DNA of 64,000 nt from a bacterium (lineage in GTDB: Bacteria > Bacteroidota > Ignavibacteria > Kapaibacteriales > UBA2268), in NCBI GenBank assembly GCA_030431515.1, contig JAUIIX010000002.1, positions 14,936 through 78,935 of the forward strand. The letters run 5' to 3'. Below are positions 52,085 through 60,778 of the stretch, in pieces (within the stretch, counting starts at the first letter, position 1; every line of letters starts with the position of its first letter). Under the pieces are notes generated by a model. It did not search any database. It was not told the origin of the DNA and saw only the letters and a list, made by a program, of their open reading frames with translations. The position numbers were made by a program, and so were the translations under genes.

Positions 52085-52513
52085 GTGAATATGCAAATGA
52101 AAACCCTTTATCTTATTATATCATTACTATTTATTAATTCTTGTATTCAGTATGAGTTGAAAGAAAAATATAAGGAACATACAATTTGGTATGGTACTTC
52201 ATTAGTATTTTATAATGATAGTACTTTTAAATTTAATGAGTGGGATTGTGATGGTGATGAAATTATTACTGGAAATTATAAAAGAGAAGGAAATTATATT
52301 ACTATTCTAAATGATTATTATGGTTTAAAAGAAATAGATAATATTACTTTTGATTCAATTTACAAAAGTAATTACTTTATATATAAGTTATTTCTTATTG
52401 AATCAAAATGGAAGATTGGAAGAAATAGCATAAAAGTAGTTGAAGTTGATAGAAATTATGGAAAAATCAATAACTATTATCAAAAATTAAGTGCTGAATC
52501 AAATGAAGATTAA
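52085..52513 (+). CDS. Hypothetical lipoprotein
   Basis: Lipobox-like INSC; start codon uncertain. Confidence 0.55.
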   Translation: MNMQMKTLYLIISLLFINSCIQYELKEKYKEHTIWYGTSLVFYNDSTFKFNEWDCDGDEIITGNYKREGNYITILNDYYGLKEIDNITFDSIYKSNYFIYKLFLIESKWKIGRNSIKVVEVDRNYGKINNYYQKLSAESNED

Positions 52514-52564
52514 GTTTAATAATATTTTCTTAATTTTGTAGAAAAGATAAAACAAGGATAAAAA

Positions 52565-53410
52565 ATGAAATTAACATTAATAATATTTTTAGTAGCGAGT
52601 TCTCTATTTTCTAAAACTTTTCTTTGGGAAGTAAGTGATAATGACTCTAAAATCTATTTGCTTGGTTCAGTCCACGTAGCTAAAAAAGAAATGTATCCAC
52701 TTGCAGATGTAATTGAGAAGTCTTATAAAGATTCGGAAGCATTAGTCCTTGAAGTTATTATAGATGAAATAAACCCAATGACTATGATGAATAAAATGAT
52801 GTTACCCGAAGGGCAGCAATTAAAAGATGTGATGAAAAAAGAAACTTATGATAAGTTAACAGAAATGATGGATTCTTTGCAAATTCCGTCGATGGTTTAT
52901 TCTCGATTGAAACCATGGGGTGCTACGATTTTTATAATGCAAAGTCAAATGGCGAAAGAAGGTTTTGACCAAAGTCTTGGTTTCGATAATCATTTTTTGA
53001 CACAAGCAAGATCTGAAAATAAAAGCGTCTATGGATTAGAAACATTAGATGACCAAATTTCTGCATTTGAAAAGTTAACAGAATATTCTGATGATTTTTT
53101 CAATTATTCTATTGAGGAAATGGAAAATTCTAAGTTAATGGTTGACGAAATGCTTGAGGCGTGGAAGCAAGGTGATACTGCTAAAATTAATGATATTATT
53201 AATAATCCATCAGAAACTACTGAAAATTATGATAAAGTAATTGAAATTATGCTTGATGAAAGGAATTTCAAAATGCAAGCCAAAATTGAAGATTATTTAA
53301 AGGATAATAAAAAGTATTTTGTTATAGTTGGTGCTGGGCATTTGACGGGAGAAAATGGTTTATTAAAATTATTAAGCAAAAGCGGTAAATATAAACTAAA
53401 ACAATTATAA
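52565..53410 (+). CDS. TraB/GumN (Tiki-like) family protein
   Basis: LWEV..IYLLGSVH, LKPW, GLET..DQ, ERN, VGAGHL.G. Confidence 0.9.
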   Translation: MKLTLIIFLVASSLFSKTFLWEVSDNDSKIYLLGSVHVAKKEMYPLADVIEKSYKDSEALVLEVIIDEINPMTMMNKMMLPEGQQLKDVMKKETYDKLTEMMDSLQIPSMVYSRLKPWGATIFIMQSQMAKEGFDQSLGFDNHFLTQARSENKSVYGLETLDDQISAFEKLTEYSDDFFNYSIEEMENSKLMVDEMLEAWKQGDTAKINDIINNPSETTENYDKVIEIMLDERNFKMQAKIEDYLKDNKKYFVIVGAGHLTGENGLLKLLSKSGKYKLKQL

Positions 53411-53737
53411 TTATTTACTTTTACAATTCACACAAAACAAACTCTCTGGCATAAAAATAATTCTTTCGAGTTGAATTGTTTCGCCACAATCTTGACATTT
53501 ACCAAAATCATTAGTGTCAAGTCGATTTAATTGAGTGCGTAAATCATTCAGTTTATTTTTTGCTTGTCGCTCAGAAAACTCTGCGGTCGATTTATTATTA
53601 ATAGCGTCCATTCTACTAATTCTACCAATTGAATCATCAGGAGCAATTGGCTTTGTTATCTCCTTAAACTCCTCAAGGATAAACTCTGTTTCCTTAATTT
53701 CATTTAATATTATTTCTTTTATTTTTTGTTTATTCAT
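53411..53737 (-). CDS. TraR/DksA C4 zinc-finger protein
   Basis: IGRISRMDAI, FGKCQDCGETI..ER...PES.FCVNC. Confidence 0.88.
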   Translation of the reverse strand: MNKQKIKEIILNEIKETEFILEEFKEITKPIAPDDSIGRISRMDAINNKSTAEFSERQAKNKLNDLRTQLNRLDTNDFGKCQDCGETIQLERIIFMPESLFCVNCKSK

Positions 53738-53750
53738 TACATATATTAAT

Positions 53751-53903
53751 TTAATAATTATTTATTTGAAATATATTTTCAGCGATTCTATAATTAATAA
53801 ATGGTTTGGTATTTTCACTAAAAAGCCCAGATAATTTAGCAAATACATCTAATAAATTTAGATATTCGGTATTACTAAAATTATGTTTAAATGGGGTAAA
53901 CAT
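53751..53903 (-). pseudogene. Truncated restriction endonuclease N-terminus (NgoFVII-like), 50 codons
   Basis: Hand translation MFTPFKHNFSNTEYLNLLDVFAKLSGLFSENTKPFINYRIAENIFQINNY*; ATG overlaps MTase stop (TAATG). Confidence 0.7.
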
Positions 53904-55138
53904 TAAAGTACTTTTAATATATTTTCAAATATCCTTTTAATTAAAGGCATTGTTACTGAATTTCCAGCTTGATGATATAGTTTGCTATCAGGTAAGTCAG
54001 GTAAAATATATTCTTTTGGGTATCCTTGAAATGAAAAACATTCTCTAGGGGTTAACTTTCTAATACCGTAATCATCTTTTATTAAAGGAACATTGTGTCC
54101 ACCTAAACCCATATTCGCAGTTAATGTAGGACATACATTGCTTTTATTTTCTCTAACATATACTCTTCTCCATTGATAAATTGTATCTTTGGAAGTCATA
54201 TTTTTAATTAATTCTGGATAATATTTATGTTCTTTTTTATAATAATATTTATCATCTTGTTTATCTTTTTCTAAAATATCGTGTATAGTTTTAGTTAAAG
54301 TTATTTCTTCTGGAAAATTAAATTCTTTATAATTTACAATTTGATCTGGGTCAAATGCAATTATAAAAACTCTCTCACGATTTTGTGGAATATTTGCGTG
54401 AGTCATTGAATTTAATACTTTATAAAAGATTTTATAATTTAATTTATCTTCTAATATTGATTTAATAATTCTAAATGTATTCCCATTATCATGACTAACA
54501 AAATTTTTTACATTTTCTAAAAATATAACTTTTGGTCGATATTTATTTGCTATTTCTTCAATATCAAAAAATAATGTTCCTCGAGTATCTTCAAATCCTT
54601 TTCGTAAGCCAGCAATAGAGAATGCTTGGCAAGGAAAACCTGCACATAAAATATCGAAATCTTCTGGTATATATTTTTTAGTATTTTCCTGAGAGATATC
54701 ACCAAATGGTATTTCGCCAAAGTTTTTATAATAAGTTTTTTGTGCTGATTTTTCCCACTCACTTGAAAAAACACATTTCCCATTGGATTCTTGCAATGCT
54801 AATCTAAAACCACCTATTCCTGCAAATAAATCAATAAATTTAAAATAAGCATTTTTTGGAGAAAGAAAGGGAATACTGGCAGTATTATTATTTAAGCCCC
54901 TAATAATATCGGCTTCATAAAGTTCGACTTGGTCTTTTAACTGTTTGAATTGAATATATTTTTCAATAATATCTTTGCTTTCCGAACCATAAGTTTCTTC
55001 TGATTTAGATATATTTTGCAGATAATGAGATAACAACGCCTTATCATTAGAAGATTTTCTAAATTCTAAGTATTGCTTTGTATCAAAATCATCAAAACTA
55101 ATATTATTAATAAATTCACTCATTTTATATTCTTTCAT
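53903..55138 (-). CDS. dcm: DNA (cytosine-5) methyltransferase, Bsp6I/NgoFVII-like target-recognition domain
   Basis: DLFAGIGG, GFPCQAFS, ENV, PQNRER, YQWRRVYVRENKSNVCPTLTANMG.GGHNVP, QAGNSV. Confidence 0.93.
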   Translation of the reverse strand: MKEYKMSEFINNISFDDFDTKQYLEFRKSSNDKALLSHYLQNISKSEETYGSESKDIIEKYIQFKQLKDQVELYEADIIRGLNNNTASIPFLSPKNAYFKFIDLFAGIGGFRLALQESNGKCVFSSEWEKSAQKTYYKNFGEIPFGDISQENTKKYIPEDFDILCAGFPCQAFSIAGLRKGFEDTRGTLFFDIEEIANKYRPKVIFLENVKNFVSHDNGNTFRIIKSILEDKLNYKIFYKVLNSMTHANIPQNRERVFIIAFDPDQIVNYKEFNFPEEITLTKTIHDILEKDKQDDKYYYKKEHKYYPELIKNMTSKDTIYQWRRVYVRENKSNVCPTLTANMGLGGHNVPLIKDDYGIRKLTPRECFSFQGYPKEYILPDLPDSKLYHQAGNSVTMPLIKRIFENILKVL

Positions 55139-55346
55139 TCAATATTTACTTTCACAAAATTAACAATTTTAAGTCAGATTAACAACTCATATTTTTAAAA
55201 TTATGTTCTAAATAAATTAATAATATTTTAATTTTATTTTATAATTATTATACAATATATTGATTTTAATTGACTTTATGTTTAATATCTCTCCTGTAAT
55301 TTCGCATTGTAAATAAAACACAAATAAAAATAAAGGAGAATTTATA

Positions 55347-56210
55347 ATGTGGATTGAGATTTTCAAAAAAGGTAATCATACCGATTCGTCTGGTAAGAAA
55401 ATAAACTATACTGATGACGATATTAATGAGATTGTAAATAAATATAATCTTAAAGTAAAAGAATCTGATTCTTTTGAAGCACCTATTGTGAAAGGTCACC
55501 CAGGTAGTGATGAACCAGCTTTCGGTTGGGTAGAAAGACTACAAAAGAAAGGTGATGTAATTATTGCTAAATTAAAAGATGTAACGCCCGAATTAATGAA
55601 GGAAATTCGTGATGGTCGATTTAAAAAAGTATCTGTTGCATTATATAGTGATAATATGCTTAGACACGTGGGATTGCTCGGTGCTATGCCACCTGCAATT
55701 AAAGGATTAAAAAATGTATCTTTTAATGAAAATAATTATTTAGAGATTAATCAATTATTTAATAAAGATGATTTAAATAATGAAGTAAATGAATTAATCT
55801 TATTTAATGAAGAATTAAAAGAAAAATATAATACTTTAATTATGGAGAAAAAGAAATTATTCGATGAAATTAATAGTATTAAAAACAAAGAATTTATTGA
55901 GAATATTAAAACAAAAGGAAAAATAAATGATTCGACTTCTGAATGTATAATTAATTTATTTTCCGAATTAAATGAAATAGATAATTCTAATAAATTAATT
56001 AATAATATAAAAGAAATTATTTTAAATTTAGTAGATAATAAATTAAATAATAATTATTATGATAAAATTAATTTAACTACTGAAAATAAGTTTTCTGAAT
56101 TTCAGAATGTAAACAAGGATAGACTACATTTACATGAAAAAACAATAGAAATATTAAACGCTAACCCTACTTTAACTTACGAAGACGCATTATTATTAAC
56201 AAATAAATAA
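55347..56210 (+). CDS. Mu-like prohead protease/scaffold (gpI-like)
   Basis: IEIFKKG.HTD, APIVKGHP, PAFGWV, GRFKKVS, LRHVGLLGAMPPAIKGL, C-terminal helical scaffold ending TYEDAL; AAGGAG SD. Confidence 0.8.
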   Translation: MWIEIFKKGNHTDSSGKKINYTDDDINEIVNKYNLKVKESDSFEAPIVKGHPGSDEPAFGWVERLQKKGDVIIAKLKDVTPELMKEIRDGRFKKVSVALYSDNMLRHVGLLGAMPPAIKGLKNVSFNENNYLEINQLFNKDDLNNEVNELILFNEELKEKYNTLIMEKKKLFDEINSIKNKEFIENIKTKGKINDSTSECIINLFSELNEIDNSNKLINNIKEIILNLVDNKLNNNYYDKINLTTENKFSEFQNVNKDRLHLHEKTIEILNANPTLTYEDALLLTNK

Positions 56211-56251
56211 TTAATAATTAATAAATAAATAATTAATAATTAATAAATAAA
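56201..56251 (+). repeat. 22-bp pure-AT tandem repeat (~2.3 copies)
   Basis: AAATAAATAATTAATAATTAAT at 56201 and 56223 plus partial third copy. Confidence 0.8.
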
Positions 56252-56276
56252 TTATAAAACAAATTAGGAGACTATA

Positions 56277-57212
56277 ATGTCCTTATCAAGAATAGACACG
56301 CTAAGAGCTGTCGATCCGGTGCTTTCAACTATTGCACAATCGTATAGTAATTCATCTTTTATGAGTGAATTACTATTCCCTAAAGTTTCAGTTTCTAAAT
56401 TAAAAGGTAAAATACCTAAATTCGGAAAAGAAGCATTTTATTTAAGAGAAATAAATAGAGCTATCGGAGCGAGTTCTAATAGAATATCGCCCGCTGATTT
56501 AGAATTAATTGACTTCGAAACTCACGAAAGAGATGTCGAAATGGCAATTGATTATTTGGAGCAAGAAGAATCTTCATTTTATCGTAGATACGAAAATCAA
56601 GTTACTAAACAACTTGTAGATACTATTGCACTTAAAAAAGAAAAAGAAGCTGCTGATTTGACACAGAATACTGCGAATTATGGTGCAGGTATGTATGAAA
56701 CAATTACATCTGGAGATGCTTTTAATGATTATACTTTAAATAAAGATCCACTTGTGAAAATTAGAGCAGGTATATCGGCAATTCGTGCTAAAATTGGACG
56801 TTATCCAAATACAATGTTAATTGGTGAAGCAACTTACAAAGCACTACTTGACCACCCAAAAATACTTGAAAGAATAGAATTTAATGGAATTAAAAAAGCA
56901 AATGCTGATATTATTGGAAGTATTTGTGATATTGAAAATGTAGGAGTTGGTCTTGCTGTTTCAACAACAGACGGAATTAACTTCACAGATATTTGGGAAG
57001 ATAATATAATTCTTGCTTATGTTGATAAAAGTGATAAAAAGTCTGAATTTATTCCAAGTTTTGGATATACTTTCCAACGTGAAGGAATGCCACAAGTTGA
57101 TACTTATTTTGAAAATGGTGGAAAAATTAAAGTAATTAGAAATACTGATAATTATGCTTTGAAAATAACTGCTAATGATGCTGCTTACTTAATTAAAAAT
57201 ACTAATCATTAA
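56277..57212 (+). CDS. Major capsid protein (HK97-fold, transposable-phage type)
   Basis: LRAVDPVLSTIAQSY.N, LFPKV.V, IGRYPNTMLIG, L.DHPKI, PSFGYT; follows protease; AGGAG SD. Confidence 0.8.
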   Translation: MSLSRIDTLRAVDPVLSTIAQSYSNSSFMSELLFPKVSVSKLKGKIPKFGKEAFYLREINRAIGASSNRISPADLELIDFETHERDVEMAIDYLEQEESSFYRRYENQVTKQLVDTIALKKEKEAADLTQNTANYGAGMYETITSGDAFNDYTLNKDPLVKIRAGISAIRAKIGRYPNTMLIGEATYKALLDHPKILERIEFNGIKKANADIIGSICDIENVGVGLAVSTTDGINFTDIWEDNIILAYVDKSDKKSEFIPSFGYTFQREGMPQVDTYFENGGKIKVIRNTDNYALKITANDAAYLIKNTNH

Positions 57213-57243
57213 TTAAATAATTAATTTAAAATAGGAAAATAAA

Positions 57244-57588
57244 ATGCCAATAAATAATAAAACAAATAAATCAATATTAAATTTAACATTAAAATCAGCA
57301 GAGGCAATTCCCTCATACAGATTTGTAGATTTTAGTGGAAATTTAGCAAGTGACAACGAAAAAGCTCTCGGCACAGCAGAGATCTCCTACCTAAGTGGAG
57401 AGTTTATGTCAATCGCAGTAGTCGGTGTATCAGTAGTCGAAACTGTAGGTGCAATTACAAAAGGCACAAATGTTGCCTCGGCTGCAAGCGGAAAAGCCCG
57501 TACAGCATCACCGACTGATAATGTCGTTGGACGTGCATTAGACACTTGCTCTGGTGCTGATTTCATCCGTGTTCTTTTGGTGCCATAA
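57244..57588 (+). CDS. DUF2190-like capsid cement/decoration protein
   Basis: Small G/A/V-rich: YRFV, GV.VVE..GAI..G..VAS..SGKA, VVGRALD, IRVLL; follows capsid. Confidence 0.75.
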   Translation: MPINNKTNKSILNLTLKSAEAIPSYRFVDFSGNLASDNEKALGTAEISYLSGEFMSIAVVGVSVVETVGAITKGTNVASAASGKARTASPTDNVVGRALDTCSGADFIRVLLVP

Positions 57589-58001
57589 TGTATATTAGTA
57601 ATTTTGAATTAGTTGACGAGCTGGGCCATCAGGGCTTGGCTTTGTTGACTGGAGACCCAACTGGAACAGTAGTAGATCAAGCAAAAGTTGATGCTGCAAT
57701 AAGAATGGCAAGTAATTTAATTGACACTTTTTGCTACCCACGTTATGCAGTTCCATTGTCACCAATGCCGGAATTAATTAGGGATATTGCAACAGCACTA
57801 ACAATTTATAATTTATATATGTTTGCCAAACGTGATGATTTAATTTCTTCAACTATTATTTATAGAAAAATTGATGCAATTAAATTATTAAATGATATTT
57901 CACAAGGAATTTTAAAATTAGATATAATTCCAAATGGTAGTCAATATAAATTTATTTCAGGTCATAAAATAATTAATATGGAGGATTTAAACGATGGTTA
58001 A
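57588..58001 (+). CDS. Mu gp36/DUF1320-like head-tail adaptor
   Basis: MYI...L, AI..AS..ID....RYAVPL..P..I..IA..L.IY.LY, AIKLL.DI..G..KL. Confidence 0.8.
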   Translation: MYISNFELVDELGHQGLALLTGDPTGTVVDQAKVDAAIRMASNLIDTFCYPRYAVPLSPMPELIRDIATALTIYNLYMFAKRDDLISSTIIYRKIDAIKLLNDISQGILKLDIIPNGSQYKFISGHKIINMEDLNDG

Positions 58002-58326
58002 TAATCAAAAAATTAGTAAAATATATTCTGATATATTATTACAAATAGAAAGCATTTTAAAATATATAATTTTATCAAGTGTATTAATATTTCTACTTTA
58101 TTTGCTTAAAATAAATGAGAGTGAATATAATACAATTTTACTTGTATTAATTTTTGAAATAATTTCTATTTTTCTATCAAAAACTGCTATTTATTTTTTA
58201 AGTAATGATAATAATTATTTAATTAATAAAAAAGATAATATTTTAAATTCAGCAATTATATTGGGAGTTCATATATGTACGGGCTTAGTTATACTCGGAG
58301 TTTATATAGCACAGTTTTCCTTCTGA
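57994..58326 (+). CDS. Three-TM membrane protein, holin candidate
   Basis: Three hydrophobic helices in 110 aa; immediately upstream of lysin. Confidence 0.5.
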   Translation: MVNNQKISKIYSDILLQIESILKYIILSSVLIFLLYLLKINESEYNTILLVLIFEIISIFLSKTAIYFLSNDNNYLINKKDNILNSAIILGVHICTGLVILGVYIAQFSF

Positions 58327-58850
58327 TTTTTATTGCTTGCTCTGGCTTTGTTAAATATGAAATTAATTGTGATAAAGATGTAAAAAGCTTATCTTACGAT
58401 ATTGTTTTAAATGAAGTAGGGATTACTGAAATAAATAATAATAGAGGTGAAGTAGTAAAATATTTAAAGTCCGTAGATTTACCTGCTGGCTACCCTTACT
58501 GTATGGCAGGGCAATACTGGGCTTTTGATTCTGCTTGTCGGACATTAAATAAATTAAATCCATTATTAAAAACTGGAAGTAGTTCTGCTCAGTTTAATTA
58601 TTTAAAGAATAAAGGAAAAAATATTAAATTTAATATTAATAAATATGATTTAGTTTTCTGGAAAAAAAAAGATTCGTGGCAAGGTCATGTAGAAAGAGTA
58701 ATGGAAACAGGGCAAGCTGGGTTTATTAAAACTATTGGCTTTAATGTTAAGCATAAAAGCAAAGAAGGTGTTTTTATTAAAACAAGAAATATTTATCATA
58801 TAATTAATAGAATGTTTTTTGTTGGTTCAATAGGATTTAAAGATGAATAA
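58275..58850 (+). CDS. CHAP-like peptidoglycan hydrolase (endolysin) with N-terminal hydrophobic segment
   Basis: EVGITE..NNRGEV..YL, PYCMAG (Cys), GHVE (His), TIGFN. Confidence 0.7.
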   Translation: MYGLSYTRSLYSTVFLLIFIACSGFVKYEINCDKDVKSLSYDIVLNEVGITEINNNRGEVVKYLKSVDLPAGYPYCMAGQYWAFDSACRTLNKLNPLLKTGSSSAQFNYLKNKGKNIKFNINKYDLVFWKKKDSWQGHVERVMETGQAGFIKTIGFNVKHKSKEGVFIKTRNIYHIINRMFFVGSIGFKDE

Positions 58851-59175
58851 ATTAATAATCCTTGACCCAAGTGCTGATTCTGATTATTTATTTAATTGTG
58901 ATATTAATAAAATTCAGAATTTCGGCAGACAAGCTAAAATTCATCAAATTGAAATTGTCTGGGATTCACTCTCAGGCACTTTCAATGGTGAGTTGAATGT
59001 GTATCAAGAAAGTAAATATTCTACTTCATTAATTGAGAAAATAAATATTAATAATGCGAATGATTCTAAATTAATTTTATTAAATAATTATATAGGAAAA
59101 ATTAGGGTAGAATATAAAAGCAATTTAATTGCTTCTGGTAATATTAAGTTTATTATTTATTGGAGGAATTTATGA
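58843..59175 (+). CDS. Hypothetical beta-rich protein
   Basis: Intact ORF overlapping both neighbours; no recognised motif. Confidence 0.6.
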   Translation: MNKLIILDPSADSDYLFNCDINKIQNFGRQAKIHQIEIVWDSLSGTFNGELNVYQESKYSTSLIEKININNANDSKLILLNNYIGKIRVEYKSNLIASGNIKFIIYWRNL

Positions 59176-59576
59176 AGGATTTAATTTATATTTTAATTAT
59201 ATTAATTATTTTATTTTCCTTTTATTCAAATAATAATAAAATAAATACTCAATATATTAATAAAATTGATACTATTTATAAATTAAAAATAGACACAATT
59301 AATATTAAAAGTAAAGCAAAAGTAATTTATAAGCACGACACAATATATACTACACGAGCATTTGATGCACAACTTGACACAAACTTAAATAATAATATTA
59401 TTAAAATAAACTATTCTTTTCCAGAAAATACTTTTAAATATAATTTATTAAGGAAGGATTCTATTCTCACATTTAATAAAATTGAATACAAGGAAGTCTA
59501 TAAAAAAGAATGTTATTATTATGGATATATTTCTGGAATTATTACTTCTGGGATTTTAATATTAATTTCTAAATAG
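59172..59576 (+). CDS. Bitopic membrane protein, spanin-like candidate
   Basis: Start ATG 59172 after GGAGG; N- and C-terminal hydrophobic helices flanking an IDTI-repeat periplasmic segment; follows lysin. Confidence 0.45.
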   Translation: MKDLIYILIILIILFSFYSNNNKINTQYINKIDTIYKLKIDTINIKSKAKVIYKHDTIYTTRAFDAQLDTNLNNNIIKINYSFPENTFKYNLLRKDSILTFNKIEYKEVYKKECYYYGYISGIITSGILILISK

Positions 59577-59585
59577 GAAAATAAA

Positions 59586-60638
59586 ATGAAAAATATAAAT
59601 AATACTTACTTCGATAAAATAAATAATTATATCCCAAATATAAATGAATTTCTTACTTATGATAGAATTAGGGAGTTGCGAAAATTAACTCAAGACCCGC
59701 ATATCTGGAGTTGTATTCAATCTCGAAAATCTGGTTTGCTTTCGCTCGACTATCAACTTGAAATAAAAGATATTAATTATTTAGAAAATATCGATATTCA
59801 TAATTTAATTTCTAATATTCTCGAATCAGTTTTTTATGGATTCCAAGCATTTGAACTTATTTGGGATTGGAAAGGATATTATTACCCTAAAGCAATTATT
59901 CCACTGCCTCAAGAAATATTTCGAAAAGAATCTAATAAAGATTTAAAAATAATTATTAATGGCTATCCGCAGGAAGTCGATAAAGATAAAATAATTCTTG
60001 CTATAAATGAACGCTCATTTATTTCACCTCTGGGAGTTTCTTTGCTTGAAAAATGCTACTGGTCGGCGAAATTCAAAAACACAGGAATGCGTTATTGGAT
60101 AGATTATTTAGAGCGATTTGGAATGCCGATGATAATTGCTAAAATGAACAGAATGTCGAGTGATGGGGAAATGGAAAAATTAATGAATGAACTACATCAA
60201 ATGGCGGGGAACAATATACTCGTTACGCCGAAAGATTTTGACATCGAATATCGTGAATCGCAACGTCAAGAGGCAGTTGAAATTTTCGCTACAATGGTAG
60301 AACTATGCAATGCAGAAATCTCTAAAACTATTTTATCCCAAACACTAACTACCGAGATTAAAAATGGTTCACTCGCCGCTGCTGAAACTCATCTTAAAGT
60401 TCGTAAAGAAGTGATTGAATCCGACGCACGATTAGTTTCATACTTTATGAATGATTTAATTCGACTAATTAATAAAGTAAATAAGCAAGATAGTGGAATG
60501 AGATTTCAAATAATGATAAATGACGAAGACAAAAAAGAAAGATTAGAACGCGACATTGCTCTCTCAAAAATCGGTGTCAAATTCTCAAAACAATATTGGA
60601 TAAAACAATATCAATATCTTGAAGATGATTTGGAGTGA
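59586..60638 (+). CDS. Mu gp29/DUF935-like portal protein (short)
   Basis: DPHIWSCIQSRK, IL..VFYG.QAFEL.W, P.G.SLL..CYW..KFK, W..YLERFGMP, CNAEISK.IL.QTLTTE, GSLAAAETH..VR. Confidence 0.88.
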   Translation: MKNINNTYFDKINNYIPNINEFLTYDRIRELRKLTQDPHIWSCIQSRKSGLLSLDYQLEIKDINYLENIDIHNLISNILESVFYGFQAFELIWDWKGYYYPKAIIPLPQEIFRKESNKDLKIIINGYPQEVDKDKIILAINERSFISPLGVSLLEKCYWSAKFKNTGMRYWIDYLERFGMPMIIAKMNRMSSDGEMEKLMNELHQMAGNNILVTPKDFDIEYRESQRQEAVEIFATMVELCNAEISKTILSQTLTTEIKNGSLAAAETHLKVRKEVIESDARLVSYFMNDLIRLINKVNKQDSGMRFQIMINDEDKKERLERDIALSKIGVKFSKQYWIKQYQYLEDDLE

Positions 60639-60654
60639 GGAAACTTAAATAATT

Positions 60655-60682
60655 GTAGTGAACGAAAATTTGCGTTCACTAC
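60655..60682. repeat. REP-like family A palindrome immediately after the portal gene
   Basis: GTAGTGAACGAAAATTTGCGTTCACTAC. Confidence 0.85.
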
Positions 60683-60778
60683 TATCTGAGTAATCTGTTA
60701 AATCTGTGATTCTAATATTTATAATTTTTGTTAACTCCTAATTAATTCCTATTTTTGTAAAAACAATGGAGGTCGTAA

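Larger units (their letters stand above)
55347..60638 (+). mobile_element. Phage-derived head + lysis operon (Mu-like) without terminase, tail or mobility genes
   Basis: Nine contiguous co-oriented ORFs described individually below. Confidence 0.8.

Noticed and set aside
55140-55346. Sigma70 promoter or operator for the capsid operon (TTGACT near 55270)
   Set aside because: No -10 element at 16-18 bp spacing, and the region is too AT-rich for motif calls to be meaningful
56277-57212. Encapsulin nanocompartment
   Set aside because: Accompanied by portal, prohead protease, adaptor and lysis genes, with no cargo enzyme; context is phage-head-like
55347-60638. Complete inducible Mu-like prophage or capsid-forming PICI
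   Set aside because: No transposase, integrase, repressor, primase, terminase or tail genes, and no att repeats or Mu-type ends recognised
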